Shown here in pieces: positions 40,587 through 49,663 of a stretch of 64,000 nt of DNA. Numbering within the stretch: position 1 is the stretch's first letter; each line of letters opens with the position of its first letter. Source of the DNA: Elusimicrobiota bacterium (GTDB lineage Bacteria; Elusimicrobiota; Elusimicrobia; UBA1565; JACRDR01); assembly GCA_041694815.1 (NCBI GenBank), contig JBGFSC010000005.1:1-64000 (forward strand), read 5' to 3'. The notes under the pieces are model-generated. The model did not search any database. It worked only from the letters and a program-made list of their open reading frames with translations, and was not told the origin of the DNA. Made by a program: the position numbers and the translations under genes.

Positions 40587-40657
40587 ATGCCTCCAGACCC
40601 ATATTCCTCCATATGCCTCCACCCATATATACGAATAACAGGTCGATTTAGTTCCAT

Positions 40658-40781
40658 CCCGTGACTTTCAAATCAAAAAACGCTGAGAGCAAATAGGATT
40701 TTTTCTTTCCAGTCTCACCGGTGAGACTGGAAAGAAAATTCTGCCGGTCTTAAAAGCATTATCTCTCCGAAAAGTCACGGG
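40658..40781. repeat. 124-bp symmetric dyad with a perfect 38-bp central palindrome
   Basis: TTTTCTTTCCAGTCTCACC|GGTGAGACTGGAAAGAAAA (40701-40738) plus outer arms CCCGTGACTTT (40658) and AAAGTCACGGG (40771) equidistant from the same centre. Confidence 0.9.
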
Positions 40782-40872
40782 TTTTTTGTGGATAACAGCA
40801 AAGCCGCAGCCAAAGACGGCGCAGGCATCCACCGTGGGTAGCTGAGTACGAGAAATTTTCTATAATCCCGCG

Positions 40873-42789
40873 ATGAAACAGCTCCTCCTCCTGTTCCTCT
40901 GCGTCTCCTTCGCCTCCTCGGAGGCACCACCATTGATACCCCGCGAGCTGCTCTTCGGCAATCCGGTCAAGGCTTCGCCGAAGATATCGCCTGACGGCAA
41001 AAAGCTTGCCTATCTAGCGCCCGAGAAAGACATCCTGAATGTCTGGGTACGTAGCGTCGACCGAAGCGACGATCAAGTGCTTACCGCCGATAAAAAGCGC
41101 GGTATCCGCCAATTCTTTTGGCAGCAAGATAGTCGACACATCCTCTACCTACAGGATCAGGATGGTGACGAGAACTGGCATCTATACCAAACGAATCTTG
41201 ACACGAAGAATACGCGCGATCTGACTCCGTTCCAGGGCGTCATGGCGCGGATGGTCTTTGCCGATCCGGATTTCCCTGATGAGATCCTGGTCGGCCTCAA
41301 TTTCGAGGACCGCAAGCTTCACGATATCTACCGCATCAATTTAAAAAACGGCGCCGTGGAGCTCGACACCAAGAATCCCGGCGACGTCGAAGGCTGGAGC
41401 GTTGACAACCGCCTGCAGGTGCGAGGGGCCTCGGCCAAAACGTCCGACGGCGGCACCGAACTACGCATCCGCGACGACGCGCGGTCTCCCTGGCGCATCT
41501 TCCAGAGATGGGATCCCCAAGAGAGCTTCGGCGGCATCGTCGCTTTCACGCCGAATGGGCGGGGGGCCTGGGTATCTTCGAGCGTCGGGGCGAATGCCGT
41601 ACGCCTGCTCGAATACGACCTAACGACGGATCAGTCGAAGGTCCTGGCGGAAGACGCAACCTATGATGTGGACCATGTCATGATCCACCCGACCAAGAGA
41701 ACTCTGGAAGCCGTAAGTTTTAACCGGGCCAGATGCGAGTGGATGCCGCTCGATCCGTCGTTAAAACCTGATTTTGAGGCGCTGGGGAAATTGCGCGATG
41801 GAGATTTCCATATCGTCAGCCGCGATCTAGCCGACAAGACATGGATCGTGTCATATGATGTCGATAATCGGCCAGTTTATTACTATGCCTATACCCGCGG
41901 GACACGCAAGGCGGCACTACTATTTAGCAATCAACCGGAACTCGAGAAGTATGCGCTTTCCAAGATGCTGCCGATATCATTCAAAGCGCGCGATGGCCTG
42001 ACGATTCACGGTTACTTGACGCTTCCGGTCGGCTCAAAACGACAGGGGCTGCCCATGGTGCTCAACGTGCATGGCGGCCCGTGGGACCGAGATATCTGGA
42101 AAATGAATCCAGGGGTGCAGTGGCTGGCCAACAGGGGCTATGCCGTTCTGCAGGTTAATTTTCGCGGTTCCACCGGCTATGGGAAAAAGTTCCTGAACGC
42201 CGGCGATCGCGAATGGGCGGGCAAGATGCATGATGACCTCGTAGACGCCAAGCGTTGGGCAGTCCAGCAGGGCTACGCCGACCCCAAAAAAGTCTGCATC
42301 TACGGCGGCAGTTACGGCGGCTATGCCACGTTGGTCGGGCTGACGTTCACTCCCGAGGAGTTCGCCTGCGGTGTAGACATCGTCGGCCCCTCCAGCATCG
42401 CGACGCTCATCAAGTCCATTCCTCCTTACTGGGCGCCGATAAAGTCAATGTTCGATAAACGGATCGGCAAGCTGGAGACGGAGGAGGAATTCCTGAATTC
42501 GCGTTCGCCGTTGTTCAAGGTTGACCAAATCAAGGCGCCACTGCTCATCGCGCAAGGAGCCAATGACCCTCGAGTCAAGCAGTCGGAGAGCGATCAGATC
42601 GTCGCCGCGATGCGGCAGAAAAATATTCCGGTCGAGTATTTGGTGTTTCCGGACGAGGGCCATGGATTCGCCCGGCCCGAGAATCGCTTAAAATTTTACG
42701 CGGCCGCAGAAGCGTTTTTGACCAGGATTCTTGGCGGGCGGTCCCAACCGCCTTCAGAACGGCATCGCTGGGATTCTCTGCGGCGCTAA
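40873..42789 (+). CDS. S9 family peptidase (dipeptidyl aminopeptidase/acylaminoacyl peptidase)
   Basis: HGGPW, NFRGSTGYG, GGSYGG, GANDPRV, FPDEGHG; signal peptide. Confidence 0.95.
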   Translation: MKQLLLLFLCVSFASSEAPPLIPRELLFGNPVKASPKISPDGKKLAYLAPEKDILNVWVRSVDRSDDQVLTADKKRGIRQFFWQQDSRHILYLQDQDGDENWHLYQTNLDTKNTRDLTPFQGVMARMVFADPDFPDEILVGLNFEDRKLHDIYRINLKNGAVELDTKNPGDVEGWSVDNRLQVRGASAKTSDGGTELRIRDDARSPWRIFQRWDPQESFGGIVAFTPNGRGAWVSSSVGANAVRLLEYDLTTDQSKVLAEDATYDVDHVMIHPTKRTLEAVSFNRARCEWMPLDPSLKPDFEALGKLRDGDFHIVSRDLADKTWIVSYDVDNRPVYYYAYTRGTRKAALLFSNQPELEKYALSKMLPISFKARDGLTIHGYLTLPVGSKRQGLPMVLNVHGGPWDRDIWKMNPGVQWLANRGYAVLQVNFRGSTGYGKKFLNAGDREWAGKMHDDLVDAKRWAVQQGYADPKKVCIYGGSYGGYATLVGLTFTPEEFACGVDIVGPSSIATLIKSIPPYWAPIKSMFDKRIGKLETEEEFLNSRSPLFKVDQIKAPLLIAQGANDPRVKQSESDQIVAAMRQKNIPVEYLVFPDEGHGFARPENRLKFYAAAEAFLTRILGGRSQPPSERHRWDSLRR

Positions 42790-42795
42790 CCGATT

Positions 42796-44079
42796 TTACG
42801 GGAGCCTGGGCAGGCTATCGAGTTTCTTTCTCTGTTGCTCGACCGCCTGCCGGACCGCGGGATTGCGGTAGCGCGCCCATTCCTTCTCGGCCCTCGCCCG
42901 CGCGTCGCGTTCCATCTGAGTCGCCTGCCGCTCGTAAGCGTCCGCCTGCTCGAAATGGTTCTTATTCAGGAAATACATGAGGGCGACGGTCCCTCCTGCC
43001 GATAACGCCGCTCCCACCAAGGCTCCCATGGGACCGCCCATCATGAAGCCAAGCGCAGCGCCGGCCGCTCCCGCCACGAGGGCCGCCAAAAGGATATTGT
43101 TCTGCGTCGCGTCCCTCAAGCTTTTGGCGTTGGCCATAAGGCCGTCGGCCTTTTCCTTCTCGATCTTCATCCACTCCGGCGTCACGTCCACGCCGGGCTG
43201 CATGGTCGGCGGGAAAAGGTTCGGGGCGCCGGTTCCCTGCGGGTGAACCGTTTCGGACCCCAGGGCATCGGGCGGCGCGGACCCCGGCGGCAACGGCGAG
43301 AGGCGACCCCCTCCGACGGCCGCCTGCTCGAAGGCGTTGGCGGCGTACTGGCTGCCGGCCTCCCCCCCGACCCTGGCCCCGATCTGGGAGGCCTGTTTGG
43401 CGAAGGCTAATTGCCCGAAGGCGTTTTTGGAATGCACCGCGCGCGCGCTTCGCCCCCCCTGCGCGCGGACGGAATTGACGGCGCGGGAGGCCGAAAGCGA
43501 GCCTCCGCCTGGAACGTGACCGCCTTCGACCGTTCCCGCCGGCATTTTTTTCCCCACGGCCGGACTATCATAGTACATCGAGGTCCCCCCGGGATCCCCC
43601 CCTTCGATGCCCGACCGTTTTTCCCCATTTCCGGCCTCGCTGCCGCGCGCCGCGCCTTTCAAAGCCTCCTCAATATCCTGCGTCGGCTCAGCAGCCCCTT
43701 CGCTTCCCACGCCGCCCTCTCCCGGCTTTTCGCGCGCCTCATCGAAGGAGAGTTTGCCCGCATTCGCCTGGGACAGGGCTTTGAGGGAGCGGTCCTTAGG
43801 GCGTTTGATCCGTAAGCCGTCGAGGGTCGCGCCCAGGGACAAGCCCTTCCCGAAGCCGCCGTCGCGCCGCAGCATGAGCGAGGCGCCCAGCCCCGACGCC
43901 AGGCTCGCCCCGAACAGCAGGCATGCCCAAAGCGCCACCCGGGATTGCGGGCTGGCGAAAAGGCCTTGCCCTCGCACGCGTATCTTCCAGAAGGCTCCGG
44001 CGCCCTTTCTTTCCTTTTCTTGGTTTTTAGCCGCCAGCTCCTCGATTTCCACTCTCGGATCTATGTCGGACTCTTCCAT
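42796..44079 (-). CDS. Hypothetical membrane protein with Gly-rich linker and C-terminal glycine zipper
   Basis: N-terminal TM, low-complexity middle, AGAAGAALGFMMGGPMGALVGAALSAG; TATCCT -10 before ATG 44079. Confidence 0.75.
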   Translation of the reverse strand: MEESDIDPRVEIEELAAKNQEKERKGAGAFWKIRVRGQGLFASPQSRVALWACLLFGASLASGLGASLMLRRDGGFGKGLSLGATLDGLRIKRPKDRSLKALSQANAGKLSFDEAREKPGEGGVGSEGAAEPTQDIEEALKGAARGSEAGNGEKRSGIEGGDPGGTSMYYDSPAVGKKMPAGTVEGGHVPGGGSLSASRAVNSVRAQGGRSARAVHSKNAFGQLAFAKQASQIGARVGGEAGSQYAANAFEQAAVGGGRLSPLPPGSAPPDALGSETVHPQGTGAPNLFPPTMQPGVDVTPEWMKIEKEKADGLMANAKSLRDATQNNILLAALVAGAAGAALGFMMGGPMGALVGAALSAGGTVALMYFLNKNHFEQADAYERQATQMERDARARAEKEWARYRNPAVRQAVEQQRKKLDSLPRLP

Positions 44080-44171
44080 TATTTCCAGGATAATGCGGCT
44101 TACCGCTCCCGTCAAGGGCCGCATACCCCCTCGTCTTTGACAGCCCTGGGGGTTTATGTTAGCATGCGCCC

Positions 44172-44495
44172 ATGACAACCTTGGCCTCGGTCTGCCTCGT
44201 CTTGATCACGCTGGCGCTCTGGATCGGCCTGATCATCCTGATCGTGGCGGGGCTACAATTGAGGCGGACGGCCCAAGCCGTCGAAGCGCGGGTTTACGAG
44301 ATCGGAGACCATCTCCATGGCCTGCGGCGCGCCGCCTCGGCCGCCTCTCAGCTGAGCTCGCTAATGCGCTCCCGTTGGATACGCGGGCTGGGCCTGGCGC
44401 TGGGCGCTGCCACCACTTTTTATTCCACCCGCTCGCGCTGGCGCAAGGCGCGCGAGGAAGACCCTCCCCCCGGCGGGCAAAACGGCGGCAGCTAG
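44172..44495 (+). CDS. Small hypothetical membrane protein
   Basis: N-terminal TM followed by a coiled segment; convergent with the thioesterase gene. Confidence 0.65.
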   Translation: MTTLASVCLVLITLALWIGLIILIVAGLQLRRTAQAVEARVYEIGDHLHGLRRAASAASQLSSLMRSRWIRGLGLALGAATTFYSTRSRWRKAREEDPPPGGQNGGS

Positions 44496-44923
44496 GCGAT
44501 TCTGACGTAGGGCTGCAAAAGGCCGCGGATCTCTTCGGGAATCTTGGCCGGGCGCCATTGTTCGTTGACGACGGCATGCCGCGTGTGGCCGCGCGCCACG
44601 AGGAGGTCGCCGCTGTCTTGGTCGAAGATCTCGTGCTCGAAGCTGATGCTCGCCTGGCCCAGGGACGCCAGCCAGGTCCGCACGATCAGTAGATCATCGT
44701 AGCGGCTCGGCGCCAGGTACCGGCAGCGCGCCTCGACGGCGGGAAGATAAAGCTTCTTGTCGGCCTCCAAGTCGCGGTAGCGCACGCCCAAGGAGCGCAG
44801 AAGCTCGGTCCTTCCGGTCTCGAAATACTTGAAATAGTTGGCGTAGTAGCTCACTCCCATCTTGTCGGTGTCGGCGAACGCCACGCGGACGGCGAACTCG
44901 TGGGTACGGTTGGCGGCGGTCAC
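44492..44923 (-). CDS. Acyl-CoA thioesterase (YbgC/FadM family)
   Basis: VAFADTDKMGVSYYANYFKYFETGRTE hotdog-fold motif. Confidence 0.92.
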   Translation of the reverse strand: MTAANRTHEFAVRVAFADTDKMGVSYYANYFKYFETGRTELLRSLGVRYRDLEADKKLYLPAVEARCRYLAPSRYDDLLIVRTWLASLGQASISFEHEIFDQDSGDLLVARGHTRHAVVNEQWRPAKIPEEIRGLLQPYVRIA

Positions 44924-44925
44924 GC

Positions 44926-45297
44926 CTATCCCTTGGCGAGGGCGACCTTGATGCGGTTGCGCAGGTCCTCGACGCCGCAGGGCTTCTTCAGGAAGGAGTC
45001 GACGTTCGGCTCCTGCTCGAACATCTGCTTGGTCGAGGGGTCGAAATGGGTCGCCGTGAGTATGACGACGGGGATTTTACGGGTCTCCGTGTCCGCCTGA
45101 AGCATCCGCAACATCTCGACCCCCGTCACCTTCGGCATCATCACGTCCAAGAGGATCACGTCGGGCTTGGACTCCCGGGCCATCTTGATGCCTTCCTCGC
45201 CGTCGGCAGCCTTGAGCACCTCGTACTGCTCGCTGAAAACCATCTCGACGAGCTCGGTGAAGGCGGAATTGTCGTCTACGACCAGGATTTTCTGCAC
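44926..45297 (-). CDS. Single-domain response regulator (receiver)
   Basis: ILVVDD, LLDVMMP, ILTA, LKKP. Confidence 0.93.
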   Translation of the reverse strand: MQKILVVDDNSAFTELVEMVFSEQYEVLKAADGEEGIKMARESKPDVILLDVMMPKVTGVEMLRMLQADTETRKIPVVILTATHFDPSTKQMFEQEPNVDSFLKKPCGVEDLRNRIKVALAKG

Positions 45298-45309
45298 GCG
45301 CTAATACTA

Positions 45310-46461
45310 CTACCTTTGCTCGCCCCTGACAAGTTCCGCCTCGCCGTGGGAGGCCGCGCGGTAGACCCGGCCGCGCCAGGCAAGCCTCCTCCTGAACCCG
45401 GAGACCCAAAGCAGCATCATGCCGATATCGGAGAGGCCCAGCAGGAGATATCCGGGCCAAGGCATCGGGTTTCGGTAAACCCAGCGGTCCTGCGCCCACC
45501 CGATCGCCGTCCTCCACAACGGAAGAACGGCCAAGAAAGCGATTCCCAACGCTGATGGGCCGCCCGCCGCCAAGGCCATGCCGGCGATAAACCCCGGCAC
45601 CGCCAAGGGGAAGAGCAGGTAAAGCCAGGGCAGGGTCCACCACCCCATGACGTACCATTTGCTCAGATGGGAGAAGGCCTCGACGAGCGTCTTGCCTTCC
45701 TCGTCGACGGCCACCCAAGAGCGCAGCAGCACGGGCCGGCGGCCCGCGGCGACCACCCGGGAGCCGAGCGAATAGTCGTCGGCGATCTTGCGGGCGAGCG
45801 GTTCAAGGCCTCCGATATCCTCGAGGGCGGCTCGGGAATATCCCATCCAGGCCCCAGCGAAGCAGCGGAAAAAGCCAAGCCGGTAGGAAAGGGCCGCCGC
45901 CGGGGTGAAAAAATGGTTGAAGGCGATCTGATACCAGAGCGCCGCCGCCCCCCTCGAAGGGAGATGGTACGGCGCGGCGAATACGGCTTCGGCCCCGGAG
46001 GCGAAGGCGGCCGAGGTCTCCTCTAGCACCTCGCGCGTGGTGAACACGTCGGCATCCGAGAACACGACATGGGCGTGTTTGGCACTCTTGAGGGCCTCGA
46101 TCATGTTGTGCATCTTGCCGGTCCTTCGCCCACTGGGCCCGGTCTCGACCAGGAGTACGTCGTGCTCGGGAAACTCGCGGACCATGGCGTAGGCGGCCGG
46201 GTGGGCCGGGTCCTCGGCCGACTCCATGGCGAATATGAATTGGAGGCGGCGTTCGCCATCGGCCGAAAGCAGGGCGCGGAAATTGTCCAACATCCCGGCG
46301 TCGGCGCCGCGCAGCGGCTTGATGACGGTAAAGGGCGTCTGGAGGGGCTTGCGCGGACCTGAGTCAAGCCTGAAGTGCCGCCGGCTGGCGAAGAAGGCCG
46401 CCGCCTGCAAGACCGCTAAAAGCCCGGCGTAAGCCCATAAGCAGCCGGCGAGCAGGCTCAT
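45310..46461 (-). CDS. Glycosyltransferase family 21 (ceramide glucosyltransferase/HpnI-like)
   Basis: VIKPLRGAD, KMHNM, FSDADV, IADDYSLG, C-terminal TM helices and WRG. Confidence 0.85.
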   Translation of the reverse strand: MSLLAGCLWAYAGLLAVLQAAAFFASRRHFRLDSGPRKPLQTPFTVIKPLRGADAGMLDNFRALLSADGERRLQFIFAMESAEDPAHPAAYAMVREFPEHDVLLVETGPSGRRTGKMHNMIEALKSAKHAHVVFSDADVFTTREVLEETSAAFASGAEAVFAAPYHLPSRGAAALWYQIAFNHFFTPAAALSYRLGFFRCFAGAWMGYSRAALEDIGGLEPLARKIADDYSLGSRVVAAGRRPVLLRSWVAVDEEGKTLVEAFSHLSKWYVMGWWTLPWLYLLFPLAVPGFIAGMALAAGGPSALGIAFLAVLPLWRTAIGWAQDRWVYRNPMPWPGYLLLGLSDIGMMLLWVSGFRRRLAWRGRVYRAASHGEAELVRGEQR

Positions 46462-47210
46462 CGCTTGAGCAGTTGGGAGGCGAACACGAATTCGAAGCCC
46501 TCGGCCTGGAGCTTGGGTACCATTTCCATCAGGCCCTCGTAGGTTCCATGGAAATAGTGGTGGCCGATGGCGATCGCCTGGCCGTTGCGCCTGGCCCGCG
46601 CGGCGCAGGCCCGCAGCATCCTCATGCAGAATTCCTTATCGTGGCGCTTGGCTTCGTCAAGGAACTGATGGTTCGCCAGGGCGGGCAGGCCCGAGTCCCT
46701 CGCCTCATCGAAGGCGACGGAGCGGGGAGAAACGACGCTGTCGAGGAAATAGAAACCCTCGGCCTTGCGCCCGAGCAAGCGCATGAAGGCGCGCATCAGG
46801 GGCCTGTTTTGCGTCGCCCGATAGGAACGGTGGTTGTTGAGGCCCACCGCGCCACGGATGTCGGCGAGGGAACGGGTCAAAAGGGCCTCGACCTTGGCTA
46901 AATCGGAAGCCGATGCCTGCTCCGCCGGGAGCTCGAGCGACAGGAACGGATCGAACGGGAAATGGATGATAAGTTCCTTACCCGCCCTAAGCGTCGCCGC
47001 CGCCGCCTCCCGAGTCTTGGGGGAACTGGGCATCACGGCAAAGGTCATCGGCCAAGGCATTTTCATCCAGGCCTCGTCCGGCACGTTTTTCGGGTAAGTG
47101 AGCCCAAAATCATCGATGACGATCGCGATCCGTGGCTTGGCCCCGGCCGCCGCCGTAGCCGAGGCAAGCGCGGCGAGGCAAGCGGCGGCCCAAACGCTAT
47201 TTCTCTTCAT
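46458..47210 (-). CDS. Divergent polysaccharide deacetylase (YibQ-like)
   Basis: IAIVIDDFG, TFAVMP, GLNNH, YFLDS, FLD, AIAIGH. Confidence 0.88.
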   Translation of the reverse strand: MKRNSVWAAACLAALASATAAAGAKPRIAIVIDDFGLTYPKNVPDEAWMKMPWPMTFAVMPSSPKTREAAAATLRAGKELIIHFPFDPFLSLELPAEQASASDLAKVEALLTRSLADIRGAVGLNNHRSYRATQNRPLMRAFMRLLGRKAEGFYFLDSVVSPRSVAFDEARDSGLPALANHQFLDEAKRHDKEFCMRMLRACAARARRNGQAIAIGHHYFHGTYEGLMEMVPKLQAEGFEFVFASQLLKR

Positions 47211-48912
47211 AATGCTCCAGATGCCTCCTTCCCAAGAGCCAAGGCCCCAGGAAAGCCGCCGCGTTCAGTAGCAGCAACCCCAAGGCGCAAAGTCCCAGCG
47301 CGGCCGCGTCCCATCCGCGGCTGATTCCGAAACGCTGCTGAAAATGCATTTGCACCGGCAGTACCTCCAAGGCGATCGTCAAGGCGATATAGCCTATCGC
47401 CGCGGCCATGTAGACGAAACCGCCCGCCGAGGATTCGATCTGATGGATGTTGGTGGTATTAAATCTCGGGAAAAGCGCCCCGAATCCGACGCCCATCCCG
47501 CACAGCGTCGCTGTCATGACGAAGACGGTGCCGGCCGACAGCCAGGAGATGAATGGGTCGGCGCGAAGCAGCCGGTTCGAAACGACGATCAGGGTCATGG
47601 ACAACAGGACCATAGGGATCCAATGGAAGAGGAATTTACCGGCCATCAACGCGCCCAGGCCTTGTGGGGAGCAGCGCGTGACCCAGAAGGCGCGCCCTTC
47701 CATGCTGATGGCGGGGAATGTGAAGCGGAGGCCGAGGCTGGAGATCACGAACCCGGCTACCGCGATGTTCAGGAAGGCGACGAGGTTTTTTAAGTCCGGG
47801 GTATCCAACGGGAGGTTCCGGACGCTGAACAGGTAGACGGCCATAAGGGCCAAAACCAGTGCCATCTGCGACCAATGCCGGACATCCCTGAAAAAGGTCC
47901 GCCGGTCCTTCCAGAAAGAGGCGGCGAAACGCAGCGCTTGTTGGCCGTCGATGAGGCCCCAGGAGCTCAGGCGCGCGGCCAACCGGGATTCTGGCGTCGG
48001 CAGCACCTCCTGCGACCGGCCCGACCGTGCCGACTCCTGGGCGCCGCTGTAGGCTTCGCCATAAGTTTTTCCCGCGATCCATAAAAGGCCGGCGTATACG
48101 GTGGCCGCCGACCCAGTCAAGAGGGCCGACTGCCCCCAAAAGATCGCCGCGCCCGAGGGCCGAACGCCGTCGAACGATTGGAGGGCCAGGGCCAACCACC
48201 AGGAGGGGAGGGCCGGTGCCGTCGGCGCCTGCAGGTAGCGGAGGTAATCGGCGACCCGCTGCAATATGTCGGGGCGAGCCAGGCGCTCGGGCTCGCTCAA
48301 GCGGAGCAGGACGTAGACGCCAGCCAAGGAAAGGCTCGACAGAAGCCAGAGCGCGTCGCGGGTCCTCGAGGACGGGAACAGCCTCATTAAGGCGAGCGTG
48401 AAGCCCATGCCGATGGAAGCCGCCAGAAGCGCGAACGGGATCCAGAGCCACCCGAAGGCCGCGTAGAAGGTCCACGGCAGCCCCCTCACCTCGCCGAGCG
48501 CGAACAGAAAGGGCAGCAAGACGAGCAGCAGCATCCAAGACGAGAAAAAGGCGCTCTCCAGGGACTTTTCGGCGAAAACGACCGGTTCGGGCAACGGTGC
48601 CTTCATCAGGAACGGCAGGTCGAAAGAATAGAAAAGCGTGGTAAGAGATATGAGCACGCTCGAGAGCGCCACCATCGAGAAGGTCGACAGGAGGGCCACG
48701 GCGGTCAATTTCCATATGAGCAGCGGCCCGATGAGGGGAACGCCGTCTAAGAAGCGCAGCAGGCGCAGGAAGCCGTGGTGTAGACCCATCAGCATGAAAA
48801 ATCCGGCCGCCGCGAAGGCGGCGTTGCGCGCCCATTCCCACGGCGTCAGCTCGCGCAGGGAGTTGAACCCGCAACGCGCCTTGCGCTCCAAGAGCACGGC
48901 CAATAGCCGCAT
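47197..48912 (-). CDS. Putative ABC-2 type exporter permease
   Basis: About 12 TM helices, LPSWW, FFRD, FPAISMEG; adjacent to an ABC ATPase. Confidence 0.82.
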   Translation of the reverse strand: MRLLAVLLERKARCGFNSLRELTPWEWARNAAFAAAGFFMLMGLHHGFLRLLRFLDGVPLIGPLLIWKLTAVALLSTFSMVALSSVLISLTTLFYSFDLPFLMKAPLPEPVVFAEKSLESAFFSSWMLLLVLLPFLFALGEVRGLPWTFYAAFGWLWIPFALLAASIGMGFTLALMRLFPSSRTRDALWLLSSLSLAGVYVLLRLSEPERLARPDILQRVADYLRYLQAPTAPALPSWWLALALQSFDGVRPSGAAIFWGQSALLTGSAATVYAGLLWIAGKTYGEAYSGAQESARSGRSQEVLPTPESRLAARLSSWGLIDGQQALRFAASFWKDRRTFFRDVRHWSQMALVLALMAVYLFSVRNLPLDTPDLKNLVAFLNIAVAGFVISSLGLRFTFPAISMEGRAFWVTRCSPQGLGALMAGKFLFHWIPMVLLSMTLIVVSNRLLRADPFISWLSAGTVFVMTATLCGMGVGFGALFPRFNTTNIHQIESSAGGFVYMAAAIGYIALTIALEVLPVQMHFQQRFGISRGWDAAALGLCALGLLLLNAAAFLGPWLLGRRHLEHYEEK

Positions 48913-48916
48913 GGCC

Positions 48917-49663
48917 TCAGAGGTACTTCAGCAGGCCGGAATACTGCTGCCCGCCGGTCAAGGACAGGAAGATGTCCTCCAAGCGCTCGCCTTCGCGCCC
49001 GAAGCGGAGGGCTTCAAGCGTGTCGAGGGCCACCAGCCTACCGGAGATCATGATGCCGACGCGGTCGCAAAGCCGCTCGGCGATTTCCAGGACGTGCGTG
49101 CACATGAATAAGGTGCGGCCTCGGCGCGAGAGCTCCTTAAAAATGTCCTTGACCAGCCGAGCGCTCTTGGGGTCGAGGCCGACCAAAGGTTCGTCGAGGA
49201 TGAGCACCTCCGGTTCGTGGAGCAGGTTGGCCGCCAAGACTAGCTTCTGCCGCATCCCGTGCGAGTAGCTTTCCGCGAGCTCGCCCCCCCATGGGCGCAG
49301 CTCGAACATTTCGAGCAGCTCCGGGATACGACGCGCCTGGGTCTGCAAGGGGACGCCGTAAAGGTCCCCCACGAAGCGCATGAATTCGACGCCGGTCAGT
49401 TTAGGGTAGACGAAAGGCTCGTCGGGGACCAGCCCCATCCTTTTTTTGGCTTCGAGGGTCCGGGCATGCACGTCGAGCCCCGCGACCTGGACCGAGCCGG
49501 CGCTGGGGCGCAGCAGGCCAGCGATCATCTTGACCGTCGTGGTCTTGCCGGCGCCGTTGGGGCCGAGAAACCCGAAAATCTCGCCGCGGGGGATATCCAG
49601 GTTCAGCGAGTCGACGGCAACGAAGCTCCCGAAGCGCTTGGTAAGCCCCGCGACCTTGATCAA
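48917..49663 (-). CDS. ABC transporter ATP-binding protein
   Basis: GPNGAGKTT, YSHGMRQK, ILDEPLVGLDP. Confidence 0.95.
   Translation of the reverse strand: MIKVAGLTKRFGSFVAVDSLNLDIPRGEIFGFLGPNGAGKTTTVKMIAGLLRPSAGSVQVAGLDVHARTLEAKKRMGLVPDEPFVYPKLTGVEFMRFVGDLYGVPLQTQARRIPELLEMFELRPWGGELAESYSHGMRQKLVLAANLLHEPEVLILDEPLVGLDPKSARLVKDIFKELSRRGRTLFMCTHVLEIAERLCDRVGIMISGRLVALDTLEALRFGREGERLEDIFLSLTGGQQYSGLLKYL

Noticed and set aside
40701..40738. Palindrome as a bidirectional terminator
   Set aside because: It has no loop and lies between divergently transcribed genes, upstream of both.
40787..40795. TGTGGATAA DnaA box as an origin of replication
   Set aside because: A single box, with no cluster and no dnaA/dnaN nearby; it may be regulatory or chance.
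45310..46461. Evidence for hopanoid biosynthesis
   Set aside because: Only an HpnI-like GT21 is present, with no shc or other hpn genes in the window.
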